Below are positions 41,060-54,010 of a stretch of DNA of 64,000 nucleotides, piece after piece. A program made the translations under genes and the position numbers. The DNA lies in the NCBI RefSeq assembly GCF_964204865.1, contig NC_135262.1, positions 10,168,001 through 10,232,000 of the forward strand, in the 5' to 3' direction. Origin of the DNA: Styela clava. Its lineage: Eukaryota. The notes below the pieces were generated by a model. The model was not told the DNA's origin and made no database searches. It saw nothing but the letters and a program-made list of their open reading frames with translations. The stretch's first letter is position 1, and the number at the start of each line of letters is the position of its first letter.

Positions 41060-42722
41060 ATGGCGAATGCACTGAAAGCGAGTTCGTTGTACAGATTTAT
41101 GACACATAAACGTAAAGTTTTATCATTGTACAAAAAATCTCTTCGACATTTGGAAGCTTGGTGCTACAATTTAGGGAGGTGAGAATTTCGAAATTTTTAC
41201 GTTTCATAGTTTTGATGGGGTCTGGTATAGTTTAGTACCACATCCACGTCCAAAACGCGCAGACGATAACCCGAAATCGAGCAAGCTATTACTCTCGTTT
41301 TCTCGTCGCAACGATCACGATAGGAGAGAGATCGCCGGCTTTAGCAAGTTCTTATCGGCGACGCAGTTGCCGTTCCGGGCGATCGTAATTATACTTTGGC
41401 AATGCCTATGACGTGATGGTGACGTAATTTTTGGATGGCATAGTCAGGTGATGGTTAGGAATAACATGTGCAAAAATCGTTATGCTACGCCCACTGGAAG
41501 TACTTGTCGTACTAAACTATACTAGACCCTTTTGATGTACCGGTAGTAGCTTTGCCGGCTGGTGAATAAAATAGTTATATATGACAATACAACAGAACTA
41601 TATCCCTTCAGAAAAAAGATTTGCACATTGAAATGCGTGTGACTGAAAACTGGTAAATACAAAACTAAGTTCATTACTGTAATATAATTAAATGCATTAG
41701 GTTTTGATGTATTCGACCTGTAAATTTTTTGTGTCCATTTTATTTTCAGTTAAATGTTGGTGTAATAACTCATGATGATCAGTTCTGGTCCTCAATTGCG
41801 ATGAAATTCAGTATTTTACTGTATATTAATTTGTGTTTGAATTATTTGTGATTTCTTGCATAACGAAATAAACTTTTTGTGTATTCACGTATTTGCAAAA
41901 TGAGGTTACTGCGAATAATGCTTCATACATTCAGACATAACTTTTTTAGGCCTCATTATTGCTACGAGCGAACACTTTTGCGGGCAAGATTTGATCAACA
42001 TAAAGATGAACCAAGTGAAAACAGAGCAGCACAGCTTTTACGACTCGGTGAAGAAGAGTTCTGGGAAAATCAAAGTCCCGATCCAATCGTGTGGCCAAAT
42101 GACGGTGTTGAGCCAGGTGTATTATTTGAACGCCTTAATAAATATAAGGTCAGTATATCGTTATGTGTTTTCTATTCATTTGGCACTGTTGCCAAACCAT
42201 GTAACTCCTAATGGATCCTGTTTTGATTATAAAAATTTCCAAAAGAAAGCTTAAGATTGTGTGATTTAGTAATAGCAACCTATTTTAAATTGCATGAACC
42301 GGTCATTTCCTCTATATTAAAACAGTTTTTGTGTGCCTACTAGTATATCCTATCGTAATAATAGATTCCTGAGCACTACATCGAATTTTGGAGTGCAGAA
42401 GAAAAAGCTATGTTTCCCGATTTCCTTGCCAAACGAGAAAAATGGATCGAAATTCGAAAACAAACCTGGGAACAAGAAATGAAAATATTGCAAGAATGGG
42501 ATAAAAAAAATATTGAAGAAGTGAGTACTGATTCGAGAATTTAAGTCATTTTATTGTTCTACTGACATCCCTCGTTAATTTCAGGGAGTTCCTATGACTG
42601 ACCAACTACCAGCAGCTAAGGAGAAAGACGGATATCCGCCTTTTTGGTGGCACACTGTTACAAGGCCTTTAGAACAGCCAGAGAGAATGACATGGTTTCC
42701 AAGAACAGCAAATACATCTTAA
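41060..42722 (+). CDS. NDUFB9: NADH dehydrogenase (ubiquinone) 1 beta subcomplex subunit 9 (LYR family), ~208 aa, 4 exons
   Basis: Exons 41060-41178, 41935-42148, 42365-42520, 42585-42722. Motifs: THKRKVLSLYKKSLRHLEAW, LRARFDQHK, LLRLGEEEFW, W..EEKAMFPDFLAKRE, PPFWWHTVTRP. Confidence 0.95.
41218..41529. mobile_element. MITE, 312 bp, in NDUFB9 intron 1 (Merlin-like termini)
   Basis: 21-bp TIR GGGTCT(G/A)GTATAGTTTAGTAC. Perfect 8-bp TSD TTTTGATG (41210-41217 and 41530-41537). Confidence 0.88.
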
Positions 42723-43309
42723 ATTTCACTTTTTTTCTCTCTATCAAATATAGGTTTTTCTTGACTTGTGCATATGAGACTTGCTTAAAACAGTGTTGCA
42801 TTTGTTGGGTCCTAACTTGTAGGTTCAACCGTTATCGACATGAATCTAGCATAGGCTTGCAAGTGAGGTTTCATGCATCGCACCTACTACAATGGATCAA
42901 ATTAACAACATTAGTCCTGTTCGTGCATCTGAAACAAATAACTGGTTACCGATTACAATACCAGACACAAGGCTGTGTGTGGTCTGTGATATGGTTCAGG
43001 CACACCCACGGCACTGGTTGGAGTCCCTTTGTTCAGGCTACGCAATCTGTTTCATATTGAGGTACCCGAACCACGGATCTGCTTAACTCTTCTTTCCTGC
43101 CAGGTGCTGCGGATTCTTACAATTAGTTTCTTTGAATTCTAGAGAAACCCCTGCCTAGCCTTTCAGAGTATTCAAGTGGTAGGTTCAGCATCGCCAATTT
43201 GTTAAGACACCAGTTGAATAAATATTTCTGATGCGAACGGCTCGGCATTATATTATTACAATATTTTATCCTAACAACACAAACACAGCATGTAGCGTTA
43301 CTATCACAG

Positions 43310-44758
43310 TTAATGCGCACCAAATTGTAGTGAAGTATTTCCTTTTAACAAATCAAGTTTTTTTGCTTTGTATTCATCAGCTTTTGCCTGGTTCTTTGGC
43401 ACTCCATCTCCTCTTTCATGCATCAGAGCCAAATTATGACAACCACCTGCGTCTCCTAATTCACAGGATTTTTCAGCATATTTAGCAGCTATTTTAAAGT
43501 CTTTTTTGCATAGGTTTTCAAAGCCTGTCATGTATAATTGGCTTAAAAAATTACAACCCACAGCGTCATTTAGATCACATGATCTTTGAATCGCTTGTAC
43601 AGCATCAGTAGGTAGATTACTGATTTCAGTTTTACAGTCTGCTTTTGAATAATCAACTTTTTCCTTTGTTGTGTTCCAAAATTCCTCTCTTAGTTTCTGT
43701 AAAGAAGATGGTATTTGGGTATGCAAAAATGATTTATTGGTCTCAAACACTCCATCCGAAATATATGAGTTGATATATCATCTTTAACATAAGGAACATG
43801 GCTGAAAACCAGTTTGTTCAACTTGCAACATAGGAGTTCTAGAGCCACAATGTGACATGTATTCAATGCAGTAATGGTGAAACTAAAGGACTAAATTTTC
43901 TACAGATTGATTTGACTAAGCGTTCCTAATTACTCACTGGAAACTGCGTTAACAACAAGCCCATGTTGCAACAGCTTGCTGCAATTCTGTCATTTTTGCC
44001 TTCATCTTTAGTCTTGGTCTGGATACATGCAGTTCTGTAAGAGTCGAATGCCCCAACCTGGCTTTTTGCCAAGCCACCTGAATTTATATATAACTCGTAA
44101 GTATGTACAAAATGATGGGGATTAACTGCAAAACTTCAATAAGAGGGACAATTTTGATATAGTAGTATAGACATTTTTTGATATATTGGAATATATGATT
44201 TGGTTGCGACACAGTGGACACAAAACAGCATGTAAATTACATGAAAAAGTCCCAACACCATAAGAGACTATCTATAATTTTCAAAACAGTTCTAGGGCTC
44301 AGTTTTTCAGTGATGTGGATAATACTGTAATATGATAATCCTACACGTAATGCCTATGTCACTCACCTTTTCCAAGCATATAAAATTGACCAACTTTGTA
44401 ACAGCATAGTGGATTCCTATATGTTTGGCAACATGTTTTGTAAGCAGTGCCTGCACCTTTGTAGTCCTTTCGCACGACTTCTAGAAAGTTGCCAAGCCTG
44501 GCACAACCTGTAGTATTATAGACAGTAGTTAGTCAATAGTTTTGGAGAACTTGTATTAATTTTTTCATGTTTTCCCAAAAAATTCAAAGAAGCTTATCAT
44601 TTACCACTGACTGCAGCACTAAGTTAAATTGTTGAAGGTATAAAACAGCACTCACTGTCTGAATTGAACTCTTTTTCGCACCCAAACATAAATTCAATCT
44701 CGGTATTTTGCAAATATTCTTTCACCTCTTCCTCATTTTTAAAATTAATTTGGTCCAT
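43310..44758 (-). CDS. COA7: Cytochrome c oxidase assembly factor 7 (Sel1-repeat, Cys-rich), ~256 aa, 4 exons
   Basis: Exons 44758-44656, 44507-44367, 44077-43938, 43696-43310. N-terminus MDQINFKNEEEVKEYLQNTEIEFMFGCEKE; Sel1 repeats (SCELGDAGGCHNLALMHERGDGVPKN). Confidence 0.92.
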
Positions 44759-45350
44759 GTCGCATTTGCGCTGGCCCCGCAATCACGCTTGGTAGTACCG
44801 GTATACTTGTAGCAAGGTATCTTCTGTTGCTAACCCTGGCAGTGTTCCCTTTGAAATAAAAATTCCACCCGAAAAATATCCCACAAGAAATATTCCTGAA
44901 AATTGCTACAAAAAATATTTGTTCTTAAGAAATTTATGTTGAACATCAATACATGCGCTCCTTGTACCGTACCGTTAAAAAGTGCTAAGCAGTCATTCAA
45001 TTGTTCCTAAAACAGCGAATGTATGTAAATGCCTAAAGGAGGAGTTCCCAATTTGGGGTACATCTCGACATAAGGTGCGAAAATAGTCTTTCCATAGCTT
45101 GTAATTTGTCTTACAATATTATCATCTGATTTAAATAATTTACCAAGAAAGAACTCTTTAGGAAGTCACAGTTCATTCAAAGTAGAAGCTGTAACCACAG
45201 AGAAGAAGAATGCTAACCATCTGTGCTGTAACTACACCACAGTAACTAACAAGCTTGCTTTCGTAGTTCCCATGACCTATTTTGACCAATCACAGCACGC
45301 AGTGCAATTTTCGGGGTATGCTACGCAAGCGAATCCTAAATTGTCTAAAG

Positions 45351-46549
45351 CAGTAGTTCTTAACCTGGGTTCGATCGAACACATGGGGTTCGGTGGAGCT
45401 GTTCCAGGGGTTCAACGAAGATCCTCCGAAACAGTTTCATATTATATGATTGTCTATTACCTATTCCACTAATCATGCAAAAATAACTGAAGTTCATCTC
45501 AGAAATTCAAACTTACACCTTCAACAAATAATAAGTTAGCTTAGCTGTGTGTATAGCTTCGCGCAGATATAAGTTTAAGTAGACCTGTCGATGTTACACT
45601 GTAGCGAATGTGCATTGTGTAACTATGGATTATAATGTATTTTACCCTTTCATATTAATAGCATGTAATATTTCACAAACTAGGCCGCATTATGTTTCGC
45701 AACAGCGATAATGCATTCGCTCCATGTATTGCCTTTCTCGTTTCGACCAATTTGATAACGTATCGTTTCCGGTCTGCCGAGAATGCTCTATAATATTGTG
45801 CTTTTCTTGTTCACTCGATTTATGACTTGGATCTGACCGTAATCTTACTGCATTAGGAATTAAGTGTATACAACTTTATCTGTACTTGGAATTTGGATCG
45901 TGCATCTTTTCAATAATATACAACAATTCGACAATCATCATCGTGTGCTTATTATCGTCTGAGGGAATCCAGATTGGAGTCACATTCCATAACACGTGAA
46001 ATTAATAACGTGGGAATCGAACTTTGAATATTAGGGTGAACAGTCTTTATCCCTAAGACGCACTTGTCTCCCTATAACACCTTTGTTCCCAGTACATTTC
46101 ATCGAAAACTTCATAGATGTCGTACATTTAGTCATATAATATCCTATATCTATTTCCGTAAAATAAAACAATTGGCAAACGCTTTTATCCGAATTTCAAT
46201 GCAGTTTGAGAAACAAATTACTTGAAATACCGACGTTTTTGATGCATATTGGCATCTTTCGGATTTTCAAAGTTGCTTTTTATTATCAAATTTTCACTTA
46301 TATACACGTTTATTAACTTGAAAAAAACATCTGCTTCCTTTGGCGCCGACACTTTTGTGACAAAACAATGGCTATTTCCACACGGGGTATTGATATATAT
46401 CTAAGGTTACACACGATGTTCATTTTCTATAACCTTGCACAAAATTAACTTCCTCTTTAAAAGTTAGGATTGGGGAGATAATTTCAACCGTTCAATGCGA
46501 TGGGGTTCGGCGGCAGGGATTCAGCAGGCTCGCAAGTTAAGAACCACTG
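45351..46549. mobile_element. Non-autonomous hAT (Buster/Charlie-type) element, 1199 bp
   Basis: TIR CAGT(A/G)GTTCTTAAC. Perfect TSD GTCTAAAG (45343-45350 and 46550-46557) fits nnnTAnnn. GGGGTTCG subterminal repeats. Confidence 0.9.
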
Positions 46550-47413
46550 GTCTAAAGGGTAACGACGAACTGAAAGTTAGGGAAACCCTGACCTAAAGTT
46601 TGGCACTAACCCCATGATATATCGGCGGAATATATTTTTAATACATAAAGGCGGAGATGTACCAATCAAGCAGTCATTTCATGACCCTTTTTAGTTAGAG
46701 ATATAACTTTATTTCGATTCCATAATCCGCATAACAGACGATAAAGTATTTGATAAAAGTGAATAAATCAAAAACTGATTATAGAATCAAGAGAGCAAAC
46801 AAAACAATACAGAAAGATATTGCATTGCATAAAATGATTAATAAAAAATAAACGAAAACAAAAGCAAGACCTTGAGCGAGGCAAAGCGAAGGTTTTGTCA
46901 TAAAGAAGTGATACGTTTTCATTCACCTGCAAGTATTGATTCAATTCACACACAACCACAGAGGTAAAATCTTAAACCGTTGAAAATTTAAAACAATTGG
47001 TAGTTAACGAGAACGGCGTTTTTTCATACACAACAAGAAAAAAAATTCACACAACAACAAAATTTTGACTTCGCGCCCGATAACTTGACATTCTGCTATT
47101 ATTTTTTCAAAAATTTTGGAAAGCGACGTTAGAAACTAATGGGTTTATAACTTCCAAGATCTGAAATGCTACCCTTTTTGAGAAGAGGAAGAAGAACTTT
47201 GGCTGTCTTGGAATTTTGAGTAAATATTCAACTATTTTGAATGAAATTTCATCGACTCTCAAACTAGACTTAAGCTTCATTTTGCGTATGATGTTTTAAA
47301 TTTCCAACGATGTGATGGGCTCGTGGTTCGATAAAAACATTCGTTACGTTAGGAATGAGCTACTTTCAAGGCTTCGTGATTTTGCTCCATTTAATCATTT
47401 CTCAGAACCGACG

Positions 47414-47640
47414 TTGGCGCACCGTGCTGAGCGTTAGGAACATGCTTGCCATCGCACCTATGCTCACCCTTGGTGGGATCAAATCCCGTCGGAGGCAATT
47501 GTGTCCTAGGTGATTGGTAAACTCCTGTCGTCTTATTGTGCTAACGTAACCGCTGGTTGGTAAGATTTCCTCCAGCAGTTAATTCATGCATTTGAACATG
47601 GACTGGTAACCAAACGAGATGCCATATGATTAAATCATTT
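47414..47640 (+). repeat. tRNA-headed SINE-like family B copy
   Basis: A-box-like TGGCGCACCGTG and B-box-like GGATCAAATCC. Body (AACCGCTGGT, ATTG.T.GA.TCCT) is shared with ~40300-40420 and 56980-57250 (+) and with 56365-56530 (-). Confidence 0.55.
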
Positions 47641-48009
47641 TGACTATTTATCTAAATGATCATGCACTGTTTTAATTTTCACAATTGATTATTAGAATTG
47701 TTACAAATTACACAGATAAAATTGATGGTACAAATTTTGTACTTATTACACACATACGAAATATTTAATAACGATATGATAAAGGCTGTGGCTGTAAGTC
47801 ATACCCAGAAATATCATATTTAATTAACTACTACTAATTAATTAATCGAATTGAATAGTTTTGTTTTTCACAATAATTATTACTTTCAAATTACAAGTCG
47901 CCATGATGCTGATAATTCAACCATACACCACCAATCATACTTCCATCAGCAAAAACGTATATTTCAGTTTTAGGAAGATTGAAACTTAAATGGTTTTCGG
48001 TGAATTTTC

Positions 48010-50202
48010 TTATCCGAGAACTGTGTACATAACATATGAAAATATTGCAAGCATCACAGCTAATATTATTCCCAATCTTACTCTTATTTGTCTATCCATA
48101 CGGCTTTGGAATCCGCAATCGTGCTCCCATTTATTATTCAAAAGTTTGTGAATCATATCCGATTTTATGTTCTCTCTTGGAAAAGGCGTATCCGGATATC
48201 CGACGTTCAAAAAGTCGCACAGTGGCTTCCAGCCATCTTTAACATTGTATATTAAAAGTTTTTCATTCGGACAAATTGATTTCACATAAAGATTATGCTG
48301 TCGATATCGAGATCTAGGAAAGTGAAATATGACATCGTTGAAGCTGGTTCCACTTCCATTACATTTGAACCCACGACAATTGCACCTGTATACTATTGCA
48401 CCTATATAAATTTTTTTTGTTTTACGGATATTTGAACCCATACTAACCCTAACCCATGGGTTTTAGCACCCACAAATAGATTGGACCCGCGGATATACAC
48501 ATGGGTTTAAATGTACGGTCACCATTGAAGCTGCCCATCGTGCATACATAGCCTACATTAGATTTTCAGTAACTTACCTCAGAAACGTTTCAGTATGTGA
48601 TCCATACATTACCGGCAATCCAAGACAGGCCGGTATAAACGCTCTTTGCGTTTTATTGAATTCTCTGGCAAGTGGTCCCGCAAATAGTAAAAGTATTCTG
48701 AGTAAAGTTTCATTCATTCTAAACGAATAAATATACCATACGAATCCTGAAGGTTAAATCGACAGTGGAGATTAAAAGTATAGTCATTACTTCATTAAAA
48801 GAATAGTCAAAGAAATCATTACTTCGCAATAAGTTACAATATGCAGTTTCTTCCATTTACTCACGTTACATATTGGTTTGCAACTTCAAAATGTTTTTTC
48901 ATACTTTCGTACCACTCATCTTCTGTCGAACGAACCGTCAGAATTATCTATAACAAAAATAATAAGATCACAGGCTTTTTATTCTTTGCGCATAGGAATA
49001 TCAGTAAAGTCAGTTGTAGCTTAGTTGCGCCACACATACGAAACTCGGAACCACATGGTTCATAAATACCAGATATCTGTCCAAATATAACATACGAAAG
49101 TCGAATCTGCGCGATCTTATATATTCGCCTAGAATCTGACTTCACGCATTTGTTGTGAACAGAATGATCCCGTTACATAGGATGGTACTGAACTAGTCGA
49201 ATTCACCAAACCTTAATAAATCACCTGCAATCAAATGAGTTCATGAACTAGCATTGGCGGTCTGAGAAGCTGTGTGATTTTTTAAATTCTGTTATAATAT
49301 ATCTGCTATATGCAAGCGAAGTCACTCAGCGGATATGTTATATTCAAAACTGGGGTAACTTAAAAAAGATCGGAGATAACTGGGATGACACCTGAAGCTT
49401 AAATAATCACCAAATGAATACTATCCATGCAATCAGTTTCAGTCATTTGTGATTTACGTTTCCATTCGCCAATTTATTTGAATTTTCTTACTTTTGCATC
49501 TGGGAAAGCTCCCATTATTTGCTCCCAAACAGCAACAGCAGGCCAGTCCATTACTGCATCAATTTCTCCCAGAAATTTTTGGTAGTCTTCCACGGATGCC
49601 GAGTTCTCGAGAACCTGCAATTTGATGTAAACATTGCAAAAATTATAACGCTACAGAAGTGTATAATTCCACATAAATTGCAGTGATGCAAATTTTACAA
49701 TACTGAAAATAAGTGTCCGAAATAATGTCACAAATTCGGACACAAGAAACATATGTATCATACATATAAAAACGTACTTCAGACAGTTGGATTCGAAACG
49801 AGTGGATCCGCTTCCAAATTATTAGAATACCTATGTCTTTATAAAGGAAGCAATTCATAATCACGTAAGACAATATAGCTTGCTGCTGTTGTGGCGCTCC
49901 AGAAGCGTGTGTACCAATATGGAGGTAACTAATTTTGTATATTCACTTGGCTAACACAGACAGTCCCCGAACTAATAGAACTAAAATAAGGAAAATCGGA
50001 ATAAAATTAGGGCCCAACCCCAATTTGGTACACACACTACGGGAGTACCGCCGTTGCTTGCTCTATTACCAACCTTGTCCCACAACTCTTTTTCGTAGAA
50101 AAACTGTTCAAATACATCATGTACATTATAGCCAAGTATTCTTAATGCTTGAGCCATAGTTTTTGTACCGGTTTTCTGCAGTCCTGCACATATTATCTTC
50201 AT
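48010..50202 (-). CDS. Sulfotransfer_4-type P-loop sulfotransferase A with C-terminal TM anchor, ~259 aa, 5 exons
   Basis: Exons 50202-50074, 49614-49492, 48947-48865, 48718-48578, 48313-48010. Motifs: MKIICAGLQKTGTKTM, AVMDWP, AFPDAKIILTVR...WYES, NVKDGWKPLCDFL, PFPREN; hydrophobic C-terminus. Confidence 0.88.
49897..50045. mobile_element. Short MITE family C (about 150 bp)
   Basis: Imperfect 20-bp TIR CTCC.G.AG.GTGTGTACCA. Body is homologous to 61778-61960. Confidence 0.7.
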
Positions 50203-51421
50203 TTTTAATCCTTGCCTGTAGCAATTATCCGACAGTTGTACAATAATTATCACGACTAGCCAGTTAAAAAGTAACATGTACATTCAAGAATTGATCCTAT
50301 ACGTTCACCAAATCTTACCATTTCGCGTTCGTAGATTGCCCCAATATGGATCTATGAATTGTTGTGCTAATTTGTTGTTGAATGAACATAAATTACACAC
50401 AAATGTCATAATATGCTCAGCAAGCTATCGACAAGAGTTAATACATTGTATGCATCTGTGCCTTGCTCTCTTGTTTACCCAAACAGCTTTTGGCTAAGAA
50501 CTATACTTTATTGCGAACTGCGAAATCAATTTGTATATCATCAACCTAAACTTAGCATCGTGCAGTCGTTTTCTGGAGTAGGCCTACCCGAAATAAAAGC
50601 ATTTATCACATTTTCACGTAACGTACCACACTATGCCGTCTCACTATATATCGGGCCTGAATCTCTCGCATTCAACGTAAATCATTATGTAACCATTGGT
50701 CAGTCATTCAAATATTGACACGACGAACATACTCAAATCATTGTGTATAATTCGATAAATATTTCAAGATGTGCATTTTTATATATCAGCCTAAAATACA
50801 CGTATTTGATAACGATTTTACAGACTTTACCGTCGACTCTGCAGATGTGTCTTTTCCGAGATTATTTTACGCTAAATATTACAACGGGACCTGTCCTGCT
50901 AGCTAGAGCTTTCGCCCATGTCCCATCGAACAACTCCAAAACTGTTTAGTCTGTCAACAAAATAAAGCTCCTACTATACTGAAGCTACCCTCTGTATAGC
51001 TGCTTTCTGGGCTCTGGTCATGAAGTTGTTGATATCTTGTGTCAACTAACATAAGCGCCATACATGGCGCATGAATCGCATCAGAATAATACAGAATCAA
51101 ATCGACTAAAATGTGTACGCCCCGAAGCTATACTTTAGCTGTCCGTACTCATTTGATTACGAAATTCTTATTATTATGTTATTGATCTTTTTAGGTCACT
51201 ATGACTGCACGTTATCTGATTACTGTATTAAAGTAAATAAGTACTGTTAAAACGCTTCCGTCATTAACTATTTAAATAGCATTCCACCGTAACTTTAATG
51301 CTGTTAAATAGTGTCAGTCGCTGAATGTTTAAATAACATTTTAGCGTAACTTCAATACAATAAAGCGCCAGTCATCAAACGTTTAAAGAGCATTTGTCCG
51401 TAACTTCCATACTGGTCTGTA

Positions 51422-53538
51422 TTATATTACCGTGAGAGGCCTGTACCATAAAACGAAGAGGGAAATGAATGCTGCTAATAAAGTAAAAACGATATACATT
51501 TCAGTGTACATATCTTTTATGTACGCATCGTATTTCAGCCTTCGTTCAGTTATCTCCCCGTTTTTGTTCATATGTGGAAACGGATAATTTGGAATGTCCT
51601 CGTTGAGAAATTCGCACAATCCGCCTTCTACGTTATATATGAATAGACGATCCTTGGGTGCATTCTGTGAAATGTAGAAATTTCCATAAACATTATATTC
51701 ATGTATGTTTGAAGATATATCTTATATGGTGCCGTAAAATATCCTCACGTGCTTTATTATTGCTGATGCTTGTTTTTGGGGTGTTTTCTCCTAGTTTTTT
51801 TTTTTTTTTTTTAATAACTAGTTGGTCTTTCCTACAAACACTTCTCTCTCAAAACATCTGCTCTTAAAGCACGAGCAACTATTTTTTTGCACGGACAAGC
51901 TTTTTTGATTTCTGAAACATACACCGAAATCCTCTAAAGACAACGCGATGGCGAATTGATTACATTTGCCATATACAGGATCGGATTTCCATTTTAATGT
52001 TAAAGGTCTTTTCCAGAATACAACCAGTTAAAATTTAGAAAACTGATATTCGCTCAATTTTTTAATCACGTTAATAATTCTTGTCTCAAACATTTTTCGT
52101 TCATAAGAATAAAAAATTGAAATAGGCTCGAATAAATGAATTTGTCCAAATTTGAGATTAAGAACAAAATATATTGAAATTGAAAAGTTTTCATCCTAAT
52201 AATAAGAGTAGACTCACAAATGACGTAGCCTAGGGCCTATCATCGCCCTGATCGTATATAAACGAATGATACCTACATTTTTACCCAGCAGGAGCTATTC
52301 TACTATTTTTGAAAAGACAGAAATCTTTTCGGTTCGGCATTGCCTACCCACTTTATTATCTCCGGGGTGAGTGATGGTGAATCCGAGATGTGTAACTTGC
52401 GAATTGCGACACCAACAGTCCAACACGGCTAATCCAACTCTTCAACAGCTAGCTGCTAGACGACCATCGGGACAACAAAGAATAAATCACGGGAACCCAA
52501 AACTAAAAGAATATGACTTACTTTTATAACGTCGTCATTGTATTCGTCATAAAATTTCAAACATGTTTCTTCGTTGTCAATAGGAAAGCATTTCCTTAAT
52601 GAAAAACGCTTCGCAGCGGGTAGTTTACAAACTTTGGCTACTGCAAAAATAAATATTTACACCGGTCGGAATAGCACATTAGGTATCAGTGAAATACTTT
52701 TCATAGTTTCCTATAAATGGGTGATTTGACATTATAGTCAATAAAAAATGGAATAATAAAATGGAGCTCAGGTTCAATTTTTGGATCATTATAACTTTTC
52801 TTTTATTTCTAGCCTGCGACTGAAGAAAAGAGAATTGTGTAGAATAGATAAAGCGTTGTTCAGCTCTCACAAAAGTAAACAGCATGCACTATATCTGGAG
52901 TGTTTAATAAACAAATTGAACTTACGTGGTCTGCAGTGAAAGTCCCACCAGCGCCTGGCTGTTGGTGAAAATATGGACAGAGGGAAACCTAATGCCGATT
53001 GGTTGTATTTTGTCAGCTGATTTATGTAGGATTTCACCCAGCTTTCTCGCTCACGCATCGTGAGAATGAGCTGAAATCAAATCACACTTTCAGTTAGGCT
53101 ACATTTTCAGTTTTCACTAAACTGCAGAAGCGATGGCTAGTATTGACTTAATTGCTTTCTATATTCACGGATTACAACAGAACAGAATATCCATGGTTTT
53201 TAATCGCCGGGGCAGCAGGCAACTGAATAAAATATTTCACTCGATATACGTTAACATTTACCCGGTATGTTAGTCGTTGCATTCACCTTTATATTTGGAA
53301 ATGCAACCAAAAACTCTTTCCAATAAGCCATTGCAAGAATATCACTGAGAGTATCGAAGCCTTCAAACATTTTCCGCAGGTCTTCAGGTCGGCCTTCTCC
53401 GTCTAAGAACTTATTCCAATGTTCATATAATTCACTGAAATCTCTGCCATGGTATGACACCTTGTAATCAAGTAGCCTCAATGCCTCACACATAGTTTTG
53501 GTTCCAGTTTTCAGGAACCCTACGATCAGGACCTTCAT
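51422..53538 (-). CDS. Sulfotransfer_4-type P-loop sulfotransferase B with C-terminal TM anchor, ~252 aa, 4 exons
   Basis: Exons 53538-53287, 53070-52926, 52640-52522, 51664-51422. Motifs: MKVLIVGFLKTGTKTM, AFPNIKLILTMRERESWVKS, PKDRLFIYNV, LCEFL, PFPHMN; TM tail. Confidence 0.85.
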
Positions 53539-53889
53539 GATGGTCGAGTGAAACGATCAAAATTGCCTTCGACGGTGTAATCTTGTGCAGACATTTGGTA
53601 AACAGTTTGGGAGAATTGTATAAATAGTAAATACCTGGCCATGAATGCGGCAATGGTCCTTTCGTCCACGGTATTTCATCGATTTATTATAATTTTATTT
53701 GTCGTTTAGTAGGTCACTAATTCAATACTTGGTGCCTGGGAATTAGGACAGGAAGAATTTTTACAAGATTGTAAAAATGGCTTTGTACACAACTGGTATT
53801 CATTGGGTTAGTTATGTGATAATCAGCCAAGAATTTTTGACTAAGCTTTTAATAAATTACCGTACATAACGCTAGCGGAGGAAGACCAT

Positions 53890-54010
53890 AGTCGTTTCAC
53901 GTGGCACTTGTCGTCCCATTCATGGAAATTGTTTCGTGTTGCGTCTCCGGCTTCATTGTGTGACGCAATATTTTATAAGCAAAGTATCTGTTACGCATTA
54001 TAACGTCCGG
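53890..54010. promoter_or_regulatory. Putative promoter elements in the divergent intergenic region (E-box; C/EBP-ATF composite site)
   Basis: CACGTG at 53898-53903 and TGACGCAAT at 53961-53969, within the ~830-bp head-to-head gap between sulfotransferase B and SLC7. Confidence 0.35.

Noticed and set aside
43310-53538. Trans-spliced operon of COA7 and the two sulfotransferases (all minus strand)
   Set aside because: Intergenic gaps of 1.2-3.2 kb containing repeats do not fit the abutting arrangement of tunicate operons.
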